This document shows positions 11,713 through 23,946 of a stretch of 51,659 nt of DNA, in pieces. Every line of letters begins with the position of its first letter. The stretch's first letter is position 1. The notes under the pieces are model-generated. The model did no database searches and was not told the DNA's origin. It worked only from the letters and a program-made list of their open reading frames with translations. The DNA lies in NCBI GenBank assembly GCA_009602735.1, contig WELA01002665.1:112555-164213 (forward strand). The letters are read 5' to 3'. The position numbers and the translations under genes are program-made. Origin of the DNA: Mesotaenium endlicherianum (taxonomy: Eukaryota).

Positions 11713-13191
11713 ATGGTAAGGACAAGGTCTCAAACTAGCAACTCCCGAGACATGGAGAACCAGGATAACGAGAATGTCGAAAACCAGGCGGAAAGCCATG
11801 TAGCGGGAACCCGTACCTATTCTGAAGCAGTAGCAGATACCGCAGCTAGAGAGGCTGCAGATGAGGCAGCTGCTATTGCCGCAGTCGCAGCACAGCAAGC
11901 TGAGGAGGAGAGAGCTAGATTAGAAGCTGAACAAGTAGCAAAGGCCGCTGAAGATACAGAAAGAAGGGAAGGACAGCCAGCTGACGAGCGCACTGTTGAA
12001 GAACTTATGGCATCAAGGGCCGATGTTCTGAACCCACCTCCTGCTGTACAACTCAATGTACCCCTAGGTCAAATACGTGACTGGCTGAATGCGGCAGGAA
12101 ATGCTGCTGCAGGAGCGAGAGGGATTGTTGAGGACACTACTCAGCGAGTAGATGCCAATGCTGCTGCTGCATTTGCTAATCTACCACCCCAGAGTGTAGA
12201 CTTGGGAGCATTGTTCGTTTAGATGCAGTCGCAAATGGCGACCATGTATCAGTCCCAGCAGGAGGACAAAAGAATCATAATGTCCCTACTGCGGGACAGA
12301 GACCAACTGGGGTCTCAAACCACTAGTGGTGGTGGCCGAGGGCCTAGTAAGCCCAAGCTGAAACCTCCCCAGGAATATGATCCTGAGGGAAACAGAAAAT
12401 ATTACCTGATCAAGTTTCTCGCGGATGTTGAGCAGTGGCTGGAGAACTACCCAGAACTGCAAGATTACGAGAAGGTCAGGCACACCGGTGCGCTACTGAA
12501 AGGCAGTGCCGCAGACTGGTGGCTTTACTGGAAGGAAGAGCGTAAGGCTCGGCAACTCGGTGACCCTATGTGGGTAGAGTTTGTCGAGAAGTTGCATGAG
12601 AAGTTTGATGTCATCAACCAGCAGGAGAAAGCTATCTATGCGATGATCTCCCTGACACTGAAGCAGACCACTTCAGTTGCTGAGTTTGCTCAAAAGTTCC
12701 AAGAGAACATGATGAAGCAGCCAGATTTGCCAGAACGGTATAGGATAGCATACTTCAGGTATGGCTTGAAATCCGAGGTCTCTGGTCATTTTGCTGAGAA
12801 AAAGTATGAGAAACTGGCTGACTTGATCCAGGATGCTGACGCCTGGGATCAGCAGCAGTTCAATCACAAGCGCCAGAGTAACGCTTTGGTGTCTAAGATT
12901 GTCAAAAAGCCCCACGGTTCCTACAATGCAGTTGAAGGAGACCAGGCTGAGGATAATCAGGGTGATGAATATGAGTATGAGTACAATGCTATTCAGTCTA
13001 GAGGTAGAGGTGGTCCCTCTCGAGGTGGCTATGGAAGGGGTGGTGGTAGGACTAAGCCGAGACCAGCCTCAGCAAAATCTACTTGCTACCATTGTCAGCA
13101 GAAAGGCCACTACAGAGAACAGTGTCCGGTCAAGCACCTGCCTAAGGTCGAGAGAAAAGACCAGCCTTTAAAAGACAGCAACAGTCAGTAA
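11713..13191 (+). pseudogene. gag: Gag of element B, one in-frame TAG at 12220-12222
   Basis: ORFs 11713-12222 and 12223-13191 are in the same frame. MVRTRSQ start, LKGSAADWW, LKQTTSVAEF, YFRYGLK, CYHCQQKGHYREQC. Confidence 0.9.
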
Positions 13192-16100
13192 TCCAGTCTA
13201 CTGACTGTGAGGATGCTAGAGATAGTGAGTCGTCACTAGCTGCCCTCGTAGCAGGTATTATGGGTCCTGCTGAACTGGATTCACTATGCATGCCTGACAA
13301 ACAGATAAAGGAGACCATCAGCAATATAGATGTCCAGAGAGTGTACACTCTGGATGCTCTTGTTCCACCTAGTGTCCAACATTTCTTTGCTACGTCAGGA
13401 GAACAATGCGAAAGTCAGGAAAAGACAGTCCCCCCTATCCTACTGCATTGCATGATTGCAGGTAGGAAGGTGAGGGCATTTGTTGATGGAGGGGCGTCAC
13501 ATACTTTTTTCCACAAGGACTTAGTTAAGCGGCTAAGGCTGCCTACTGTCACCCAAGGGAATAGAAAAATATTCCTTGGAGATGCCTCAAGTATCCCGGG
13601 AGGAGTTATAACCAAGCCTATTGAGGTCCAGTTAGGTTCTGGCATTGCAGTTCTAACTGAAACGCTTACATTTGAGGTACTCAACACTGGCTTTTATGAT
13701 CTCGTGCTAGGCAGGTCCTGGCTTAATAGACATCAAGCTGAAGTGTGTTGGAGCAGAGGTACAGTTAAAGTGAGAGGAGCGAGTGATGGGCAGACTGACT
13801 TGGCACCCACCAGTGCCCTTCCTCTTGTCCTGTGTGGATGGCAATTGAAGGAAAAGAAGAGGCTTCCAGAAGGATGCAAGTTGCTGAATGCAATGGAGGT
13901 CGTCAAAAGCTGGAACCAGAAGGAAGACAGAATGTTCTGTCTGCTGCTAAGAGAGGTACCTCCTCAACCTAAAGAAGTGGTGGAGAGAAAGGTAAGCCCT
14001 CCGGAGCACCCTACTGCTGCAAACATTGTTGCTCAGTACACGGATGTGTTAAATATGCCTCCAGGACTACCCCCTAAGCGGGAAGTAGATCATAGGATTG
14101 CTTTATTACCTGGGAGTCAGCCACCTTGGCAACGCACGTATAGCTTGTCTTATGTGGAGAGCGAGGAGTTGAAAATACAGATTGCAGAGCTTGAGAAAAA
14201 TGGTTATATTTCTCCCAGTAAATCACCGTACGGCGCACCCATCCTATTTGTTAAGAAAAAGGATGGCAGTATGCGGATGTGTGTGGATTACAGAGCCCTG
14301 AACAGAATTACAGTAAAGAACAAGTATGCTTTACCCAGAATCGAGGACTTGCTTGATACCCTGTCTGGCGCTAAGGTGTTCAGTAAGATAGATCTCAAGA
14401 GTGGTTATCATCAAATCAGAATTGCTGAGGGGGATGAACACAAGACTGCTTTCCGCACACGTTATGGACACTATGAGTTCAACGTGATGCCATTTGGACT
14501 GACTAATGCTCCTGCTACCTTTATGGGTGCTATGAATGACATTTTCAGACCTTATTTGGATAAGTTTGTGCAAGTTTTCCTGGATGATATTTTAATTTTC
14601 TCTAAAGATGAAGCTCAGCACACTGAACACTTAAAGAAAGTGCTGGACACTCTGCGGAAAAATCACTTGTATGCTAAAATGAGCAAGTGTGATTTCTTTA
14701 AGGAAAGTATTGAATTCTTAGGCCACGTTGTCAGTAAAGAGGGCATCAGTGTGGATCCTAAGAAAGTCCAGACCATAAGGGACTGGCCAGTACCACAGTC
14801 TGTCTCTGAAGTTAGATCCTTCCTCGGGTTGGCTAACTACTATAGGAGATTTATTGAGAATTATTCCACAAAGGCCAGTAAACTGACTGACCTTACTAAG
14901 AAAGACATCGGGTATGTGTGGGGGGAGGAGCAGCAGGCTGCCTTCCAGACCCTTAAAGATGCCCTTTGTTCTGCCCCAGTGCTAGCCGTGTATGACCCCA
15001 GCAAACCGGTGCAGGTGGTTACTGATGCCTCTGACTTTGCCATGGGCGCTATTTTGTTACAGCCTGCTGACAAAACCACAAAGGATGGTAAGGTACGGCA
15101 GGAATGGCACCCTGTGTTGTACGAGTCTATGAAATTTAATCCAGCGGAGATTAATTACTCAGTGCATGATAAAGAGCTGCTAGCTATCATTCATGTACTC
15201 AAACAGTGGAGAGCATACTTACATGGTAAAGCTTTTAAGGTGATTACAGATCATCTAGCTCTGACTCACTTTCAGAAGAAGTCCAAGCTGTCGAGGAGGG
15301 AGAACCGCTGGAGCCAGATGCTGGAGCAGTTCCAAGTCCAGATCGACTACAAACCAGGGAAGTTAAATCCTGCTGATGCACTCTCTAGAAGACCTGACTT
15401 GCAAGAAAGGAACTTTAGTCAGCATGCTGTAGATAAAGTCCTGTGTGCACTCACTTCACTAAAGGTGAAAAAGTCCTTCCTTGAACAACTTAGGAAAGCC
15501 TACCTTTTTGACCCAACATTTGAGCTTAGCCCCACTACTGGTATGTGTCGTGCTACTGCACTCGGGTATACGCTTAAGGCAGGGGTCTGGGTGACTGAAA
15601 CCACTTCAGGCAGGCTGAAGCTGGTCATTCCTAATAACTTGGAAATAAGGTCTCTCTTACTGAGTCAAGCACATGACAGTCTCCTGGGTGGACATTTGGG
15701 GCAGGCCAAAACTGTTGGCAAACTGGCAAAACATTAACATTGGGAGGAGTTACCCCGGGAGGTCTTGAAATATGTCAAGTCCTGCGATCAGTGTCAGAGA
15801 AATAAGTCTCGGCACACACCACCGGGAGGTCTCTTGCAACCGCTACCCATCCCAGCGGGACGCTGGGAAACTATATCCATGGACTGGGTGGTCTCACTAC
15901 CAAGAACTGCCAACGGGCATGATTCAATACTGGTAGTCGTGGATAAACTGACAAAAATGGTCATTTTTATCCCCACAACTGTCAAAGTGACTGCACTCGA
16001 AACAGCGAGACAGTTTTACAACNNNNNNNNNNACAGCGAGGCAGTTCTACAACCATGTAGTATGCCAACATGGGCTCCCTTCTAATATCATCTCAGACAG

Positions 16101-17007
16101 AGACTCAAAATTCACCTCTAAGTTTTGGAGAGCTTTAATGGGGTTAATGGGAGTCAAACAGCTGCTCAGCACAGCTAACCACCCTCAGACTGATGGGCAG
16201 ACTGAAAGAACTAATCGAGTTCTGCAACTTGTGCTGAGAGCATGTATCAAACAAAAACAAGATAATTGGGATGACCTGTTGCCTCAAATTCAGTTTGCGG
16301 TCAACAGTGCGGTGCACACGTCAATGGGCAAGACTCCTTTTGAACTCAGCCTGGGTAGAGTCCCTAAGTCTCCTTCAGATGTACTGGGGGAGTCTTTAAC
16401 TGACCTTGAAGGGATTGACAACCGGGTCTCCCTCCAGTTAACTCAGGAGTTTGCTGACACCTTGTCAGAAGTCCAACAAAACCTGCACAAAGCCCAAGAA
16501 AACCAACAAAAATACGCTAATCAACACCGCCGGGAGCTGACATTTTCCAAAGGCGATTTAGTCAAACTGCATTCTCAGCACCTGTACCTCCCGGGCGTGG
16601 TCAAGAAAAAGCTTGGTCCTGTCTGGGTCGGTCCATATTCGGTGGTAAGTCGTGTGGGTGAGAATGCTTACAAACTGAACATGTCAGCCGAATACAAGGG
16701 TCACCCGGTCTTTAATGTCTCCTTCCTGGAACCATACATCAAAGGTGATACACTGTTCACAGGTCGGTTACCTGTCCAACCGGGACCGGTCCCCGCTGTC
16801 CGGGACGGCGACCCTGACGAGTATGAGGTCGATGAAATTTTAGACGCTCGCTTGGTCCGTCGATCGTCTAAATATGTCATGAAGTACCTCATTCGATGGA
16901 AGGGTTACGATGCCTCTAGGGACACTTGGGAATTTAAAGACCATTTGACTAATGCCAAAGGGGCGTTGAAACGGTTCCACCTTCGGGCGGCTGGAGCACC
17001 TCCCTAA
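13167..17007 (+). pseudogene. pol: Pol of element B (PR, RT, RNase H, integrase, chromodomain), premature TAA at 15735-15737 and N gap at 16023-16032
   Basis: FVDGGASH (PR); [28 protein letters not shown] (RT); VVTDASD, KELLAI (RH); [31 protein letters not shown] (INT); EYEVDEILD...YLIRWKGYDASRDTWE (chromodomain). Confidence 0.95.
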
Positions 17008-17401
17008 CAGTCATTTCAGTTGACACGGGAACGTGACAGGAGGTCCTGTCTCCATTTAAGTTGGAGGGGAAAATATAGACAGTTAGTGTGCGAGAGTGAG
17101 AAAGGGACGGTTATGTGAATCCTAAGTGTCAGCATAGTGACATAGGGGACAGCCTGGCCCACATAAAGCACCTTTGGCTGAACGCCAAAAGGGCCTCGCA
17201 CCGCAATACATCACTTAACCCACCTGAAAACACATTTATACGTTTATGTCTAGCGCACCGCAACTACGTCAACTCCTAGCAATCACCCTGTAAGGTAAAC
17301 AGGAACGGATATACCATATTAACATGGACTTACTCTCTTCCTGCAACTCCTATGACAAAGGAGGATACCCCACTAACTTGTGCCCTGGTCACATGTGTAG
17401 A

Positions 17402-19078
17402 ATGGCTCCCACCACACAAAAGGAGGACAGAAAGCGCAAGGCAGAAGAAGCCAGGAGGACAATGGAGCAATACCAGAAGGAGCTGGCGGCGACGTCCCTC
17501 ACCAGGAGAGAACAAGAAAGGGTCCGCAGACAACAAGAGGCGGCAGAAGAGGCACAGAGGAAGAAGGATCAGGAAGCGGAAAACCTCAGGAAGGCTGAGG
17601 AGGAGAGACAGAAGAAACAACAAGAAGAAGCGGCAGCGGCAGAGGAGGAGAGAAGGAAAAAGATTGAAGCGGACAGACAGAAGAGCTTGGCCACTTACAG
17701 ATATACTGTGGTGGGTGGCCAAAACTTTGATAACCTGAAGGAAGCATTGCTGGCAGCCCAGGAAATCAACAAGCTGGAACAGACAACACTGCTACAAGGG
17801 GAAGGAGCTGCAGCACTAGATAGGTACATCGAGACACACACTGGTGTGGTCCTCTATGAAGATTATGCCAAGATGGTGGGCTATACAGTAGAGCAGGCCC
17901 GGTACCTTGCAGATGATTCAGAGGACACGCCGGTCCCCATACCGGGAATAGTGGGAGATCAGAGACTCATCCGGATGGTAAGCATGCGGCCCGATAGCTT
18001 CAAGGATACGGTATTCTACCTCACATTACTGCCAGCTTACAATGAGGTTGAGAGAAGGAGCTGGGAGTACTTGGCCAGGGAAGCAGGACAGCAGATGTTC
18101 TCTCCCCACTGGTTCCCGTGTAAACTGAGGAAGGCTGAGCACGGACCCCAGTACTACCAGCAGCCAACAGACTGGAGGTGGATGACCGTCACAAATAAGA
18201 AGCAGGAGTGTGACCGAGCCCAACCGGATGACTTCCACTACGGCCTAGACGGCTACCTCATCCTACCACCTCACATTGCCCCTTGGGACCCCAGGCTGAA
18301 TGGCTGCCTGAGCAATATGAATGCAGAGACCAAGGAACATAGGAGGAGGGGAAGAGAGTACTTCTCTAAGGGAAAGCATGCCTTTGTCAAATGGGCAAAG
18401 AATGCAGGCCGGATAGATATCAGCAGGCTGAAGGCCAAGCAACCTCCAACGCGCCCTAAGAAAGAGAGGTCGGTAGACTACTCCATGTCTACTAGGGAGC
18501 ACGACCATTTAGTGGACGAGACTCCTACTCTCTCCGAGGAGGAGAATGAGGAGGATGAGGAAGAAGAACAGGGCAGAGGAGAAGCATCAGCAGCTGGTAC
18601 TCAGGAGACCTAGGGGCAGGCAGGGGCACTTCCTAAAGAACCACGATCAGGTATTTGGAATGTGATCCCTGTCATGGAGGCAACTGGATCCCGCACTCGC
18701 TCCCCCAGCCCTCCTGCCCAAGCAGGGGAAGAAGCCGATCTGACTGTACTTGGCAGCAGACATAGGCAGAAATCCCTAGAGGACAGGGGTGCCAGAAGAG
18801 GGACCCGCGGGGTGGCCAGAGGTATGCCGGCCTCTCCCTTTGCTCAGGGGCATGTACCTCTTGCCAATGTGTTCCAGCATCCTACTGGAATGCTTGTCTA
18901 TGTGGGGATCAACACCCAAGTGGGTGAAGAGCAGGCTACCATCCTCCGTTCTCCTTGTGGTCCAACTTTAGAGCAAACGGGGTTCTATAGAAGGCCTGCT
19001 GACAGACCTAGAGGGCTGTCCAGATCTAGGTCCAGATCTCGGTCTCCTGATCCTGAAGCCCCAGCAACAACCCCCTAG
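17402..19078 (+). CDS. Extra (ORF3) protein of element B, unknown function; one in-frame TAG at 18611-18613
   Basis: ORFs 17324-18613 and 18662-19078 are in the same frame, separated by a single stop. N-terminal K/E/R coiled coil, aromatic-rich central region, acidic tract, C-terminal RS repeats. Lies between the pol stop and the PPT. Confidence 0.75.
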
Positions 19079-19172
19079 GCAACAGGCTGAAGGAGCAGTC
19101 ACTGGGAGAGGCGGGTCAGGTCCAGTTTGCTGAATAACATCTCTTGAAGTTTAATGTTGTCGAGGCGACAAC

Positions 19173-19190
19173 AAGTTAAGTTGGAGGGAT
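19173..19190 (+). promoter_or_regulatory. Polypurine tract of element B
   Basis: AAGTTAAGTTGGAGGGAT immediately before the TG of the 3' LTR. Confidence 0.8.
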
Positions 19191-19793
19191 TGTAATGAAT
19201 CAGTATATTAGTAGATATAATATTCATTTAAATGTAATAGTAAATTAAGTTCGACCTGCTGAACTCTAGTTAAATAATCAGTTTGCTGGACTTTATATTT
19301 AATAGCAGTTTAATGACTCACTCGGATGCAGCAGGCTGAAGTCAGCTTAAGTCAGCTTGCTGACACATTCTTTGACAGCCAGCTGACTTCCGTACTCGGT
19401 AGCTGCGAATTGTCTCATATGCATCTAAGTGTGGTAGGCTAGATGAATGGCCAGATGACATCCCTATGATGGATGGCAATTCGGGATGATGGGAGATGAC
19501 GGTGGATTTGGTTAACCGAGGTCCTACCACGTGGTTAACTCCCGGGTAGGCGGTGCCATCGCACTGACCGTTGAACAGTAAACTCATTCCATGTACATAT
19601 GCTAGGCATTACTCTCGAGTTCGGCATTCGAAAACGAGACCAACTCTCTTGTACAGCTTACTGAGAGCGATCTGAATCCAAGGCAAGAAGCCATCGATAC
19701 GCACTGTCTTCTAACCTTGCTTATGTATGAGTTTACTGATTTGCATTATTGATGCTAGTTTACTCGCATTTGACTTACGAGTATTATTCACTG
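19191..19793 (+). repeat. 3' LTR of element B (truncated by N gap)
   Basis: Colinear with 10958-11561; about 19 substitutions and 1 indel by eye. Confidence 0.93.
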
Positions 19794-19919
19794 NNNNNNN
19801 NNNNNNNNNNNNNNNNNNNNNNNNNNNNNNNNNNNNNNNNNNNNNNNNNNNNNNNNNNNNNNNNNNNNNNNNNNNNNNNNNNNNNNNNNNNNNNNNNNNN
19901 NNNNNNNNNNNNNNNNNNN

Positions 19920-22900
19920 CCCATGCAATTGGGCAAGTACGACGTCATCCTAGGGACGCCTTGGTTGACCGAGCACAACCCCCAAGTTGATTGGAGGACC
20001 GGTACTATCAAGATCAGGAATGACATCACTTCAAGAATCTGTATTTTGCGCGCAATCCAGAATATCCAGACCCAAGACATCGAGAAGCCGGCACACGAGA
20101 TACTATTGTCCGCCCTCCAACTCAAGAGACTTGTGAGGAAGGGACACGAGCTTCTTTTGGCCTTGATCACGCCAAAAGACATCAAGAAAGACATCGAGAG
20201 TCAAGAAGGCAGCCCCGTTCCCAAGGAGATACAAGAAGTCTTAGAGGACTACAAAAAGGTATTCACCCCGGAATTGCCCAAGGGCTTACCCCCCAAGAGA
20301 TTCGTAGCCCACAAGATAGAGTTGGAGCCCGGAAGCAAGCCCATCTCTCGGCCTACGTTCAAAATGTCATACACGGAGCTAGACGAAGTCAAGAAGCAAA
20401 TCAAGGAGCTACTGGAGCATGGCTTCATTCGACCTAGCAAGTCGCCATTTGGAGCCCCGGTGCTATTTGTCAAGAAGAAAGATGGTACCTTGAGGATGTG
20501 TGTGGACTATCGCGCCCTCAACAAGATCACCATCAAGAATCGATACCCGCTGCCGCGCATGGATGAGCTCATGGACCGGCTGGTTGGAGCCAAGTACTTC
20601 ACGAAGATTGACTTACGGAGCGGCTACCACCAGATTCGCATTGCAGAACCGGACATAGAGAAGACGGCATTCAGGACAAGATATGGACATTTTGAGTTCA
20701 TGGTCCTGCCATTTGGACTCACCAACGCGCCAGCAACTTTCATGACCATGATGAACACCATATTTCAGCCCATGTTGGACAGATTTGAGGTGGTATTCAT
20801 CGATGATATCCTTATCTACAGCAAGACCCTTGAAGAGCATGCGAGACACTTGAAAGAAGTCTTGGAAGTATTGAAGCAAAACAAGCTATTTGCAAAGGAG
20901 TCAAAGTGCGAGTTTGCCAAACAAGAAGTGGAGTTCCTAGGTCTCCACGTGACTGCTGATGACATCAAGATGGACCCCAAGAAGACCACGGTGGTGGAGG
21001 AATGGCCAACCCCCACGACCAAGAAAGATCTCCAGTCATTCTTGGGATTTGCCAATTGGTACAGGAGATTCATCCAGAGCTTCTCGCACATAGGAGCCCC
21101 CCCGACAGATCTAATCAAGAAGGACAGGCTTTATACATGGACCAAGAAAGAGGAAGAGGCATTTCAAGAGTTAAAGCGAAGATTGACTACATCCCCGGTG
21201 CTCACTCTCCCAAGTCCAAACCCAGATTGGCCCTTCCACGTCATCACCGATGCATCTTCCTATGCAATGAGAGCAATCCTTCTTGAAGACCAAGGCAAGG
21301 GACTGCAGCCCATTGCCTACGAGTCAAGAAAGCTAAATCCGGCCGGGCAATATTATACAACCCACGGAGCGAGAGGCATTGGCGATTGTACATGCCTTGA
21401 AGGTTTGGCGCTGCTACGTCGAAGGACGCAAGGTATTGGTCACCACGGACCACGAGGCGTTAAAGCACCTCCAGACGCAGCCGTATCTCTCAAGGAGACA
21501 AGCAAGATGGAGCGGATACTTGCAACAATACAACATCACGATTCAGTACCAGCCCGGCAAGACAAACCCGGCTGACCCCCTCTCAAGACTGCAATTAAAT
21601 GCAATGATGGTATTCCTGAAGACAGATCTGGAAGCTCGATTTTCAGCCGCCTATGAAAGAGACCCTTACTACAAGAACGGAGAAGCAGCCTTGGACCCAT
21701 GCAAGAAGCAAGAAGGCAATTATTGGGTGAGGCAAGATACGGGCCAGAGATGTGTTCCTACTGACATAGACCTCCGGCTCTTGCTTCTACGAGAAGCACA
21801 CGACAACCCTCTTGGAGGACACTTTGGAATCCTAAGGACCACGGGCGTTCTAGCTAGGACTTATTGTTGGCCAGGCATGTCTAAGCAAGTCAAGGAGCAC
21901 TGCAGGAGCTGTGACACATGCCAAAAAATCAAGCCATCATCGCAAAAGGCGGGAGGACTCCTCCAACCACTACCAATCCCCGAAAGACAATGGACGGACA
22001 TCTCAATGGACCTTATCGTGGACTTGCCCGTGACACCTCGAGGCCATAATGCAATACTCACGGTGGTGGACAGACTTACCAAGATGGCTCATTTTATTCC
22101 CACGACGACTAAGGCTACAGCACCACAACTTGCAAGACTCATCTTTGACAACATCTTCCGACTCCATGGACTACCATCAAGAATTGTGTCAGATAGAGAT
22201 CCAAGATTCACAAGCCATTTCTGGAAAAATCTCTTCAAGAACTTGGGTACATCGCTGGATATGTCTACTGCCTACCACCCACAATCAGATGGGCAAACCG
22301 AGCGTATGAATCGTACCCTAAAGACCTCTCTAAAGGCCTACGTGTCTACCCTCGAGCAAGACTGGGACATGTACTTGACCCCCCTCGAGTTTGCCTACAA
22401 CAACACTACGCAGGCCTCTACCCAAGAGTCCCCATTCTTCCTCAACTATGGCTTCCATCCGACCACGCCACTGAGCTTCACGGCTGGCCATGATGAAGTA
22501 CCTGCAGCCACAGATTTTATGGAGACATTAGAAGCAGCCCTTACAGCAGCGAAGAAAGCTCTACAACACGCGCAAGATGCTCAAGCAAGAGTGGCGAACA
22601 GATCCAGAAGAGAAATTACGTACAGAGTGGGTGACAACGTGTTACTATCATCCAAGAACATTTCCCTGAACAACAGGCCTGCCGGCAGCAAGTTCTCTCC
22701 CAAGTATTTGGGACCCTTCAAGATTATCCAGCAAGTCAACCCCGTTGCTTTCAAGCTAGAACTTCCCCAGACTATGCACATCGACCCCGTATTCCACGCT
22801 TCCCTCTTCAAGCCATATGTGCAACCCGACAACAAGTTCCCAGGACGTGTGACAACCCCACCAGCCCCAACAATAGTGGATGATCATTTGGAGTACGAAG

Positions 22901-23181
22901 TGGAAGACATAGTGGCTATGAGAAATTTCAGGAGACAGCAGCAATACTTGATCAAGTGGAAAGGATATCCAGATTCGGAGAATAGTTGGGTGGCGGCGCA
23001 CTACCTTGACAAAGTTCAGAGAAAGTTGAAGCGCTTCCATGCCGCCAACCCCCATCTTGGACCAGCCCCAAGTCTCTCTACTAGAAGCCCGAAGACTTCA
23101 GGGAGGCAGCCTGCCACCATCAAGAAGCAGCAGAAGACCCCTTGGAGGCAGCCTGCAAGAACAAGAAAGAGGAAAAATTGA
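19920..23181 (+). pseudogene. pol: Pol 3' part of family A (end of PR, RT, RNase H, integrase, chromodomain), 1-bp frameshift near 21366
   Basis: [82 protein letters not shown]...YLIKWKGYPDSENSWV. Removing one G restores [21 protein letters not shown]. Confidence 0.95.
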
Positions 23182-23946
23182 CATTAGACACTCTTCTCTT
23201 CTCGCAGTTTCTGGACAGAAAACTAAAACTGCTACTGGTAATAGGTCTCTGCATAATAAATTCTGAAAATTTACCTGGCTGTAGTCCATGAGTAGCCGGT
23301 CATTTAGAGTCCAAGTTTGCTCAATTTGGAGCACTGGTGAGAGAGATATGATGCTCTAAGTAGAAGGGGGTCAGGCTGCTGGCATTGTTAGGACAGAATA
23401 TGCCTTCTGACATTGTGCCTTCCCCTGAACTTGGAATGCTCTGAAACTCAAGACTCTGGTAGAACATCTTACAGCGCCCAGTTTGAGACTTAGTTTGCAG
23501 AATTTGGAGAAGTATAGAAGGACTTATGATTTTCAGAAGTTTCTGCACAGATTTGGAAGAGTGCCTACTCTCTCAGCTCTCAACGACACTCCAGAAATGA
23601 GAATGCTCTCAAATTTGGTGACCCGGTAGAGTTCTCCAACGCGGTCCGTCTGGCACTCAAATTTTCCGATTTGAAGCAGTCCTATGGCCGCTATGAATTT
23701 TTGAGTTTGTGGCAGATTCTGGGCCAACTTGTACAATTTTCTTTATCATTAAGGAGTAGGCTAGCCAATAAGGTCACACCACCTACGACCTTGCCTAGTC
23801 TACCTTACATGTGTAGCACCTGACTTGGCGCCTTTGACTAGTCCCCTTCACATGTGTGGCATCTTGAAACTGTTGACTAGTTTGCTCCACATGTGTAAGA
23901 CCTGACTGGACGCGCCGAGACGTCGCTTTTTCTATCGGGGGGGTGA

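Larger units (their letters stand above)
10958..19910 (+). mobile_element. Ty3/gypsy chromovirus LTR retrotransposon 'B' nested in element A, carrying an extra 3' ORF
   Basis: 721-bp LTR at 10958-11678 and a second copy from 19191 running into the N gap. PBS, gag, pol with chromodomain, and PPT. The right end is estimated from LTR length and is hidden in Ns. Confidence 0.92.

Noticed and set aside
17324..19078. ORF3 as a true envelope gene
   Set aside because: No signal peptide, fusion peptide or TM helix is visible; the protein is highly charged.
23098..23736. Antisense ORFs in the family A 3' UTR (one also open at 24737-24964)
   Set aside because: Short, in different frames, with no recognisable motif; the two copies are too similar for conservation to be informative.
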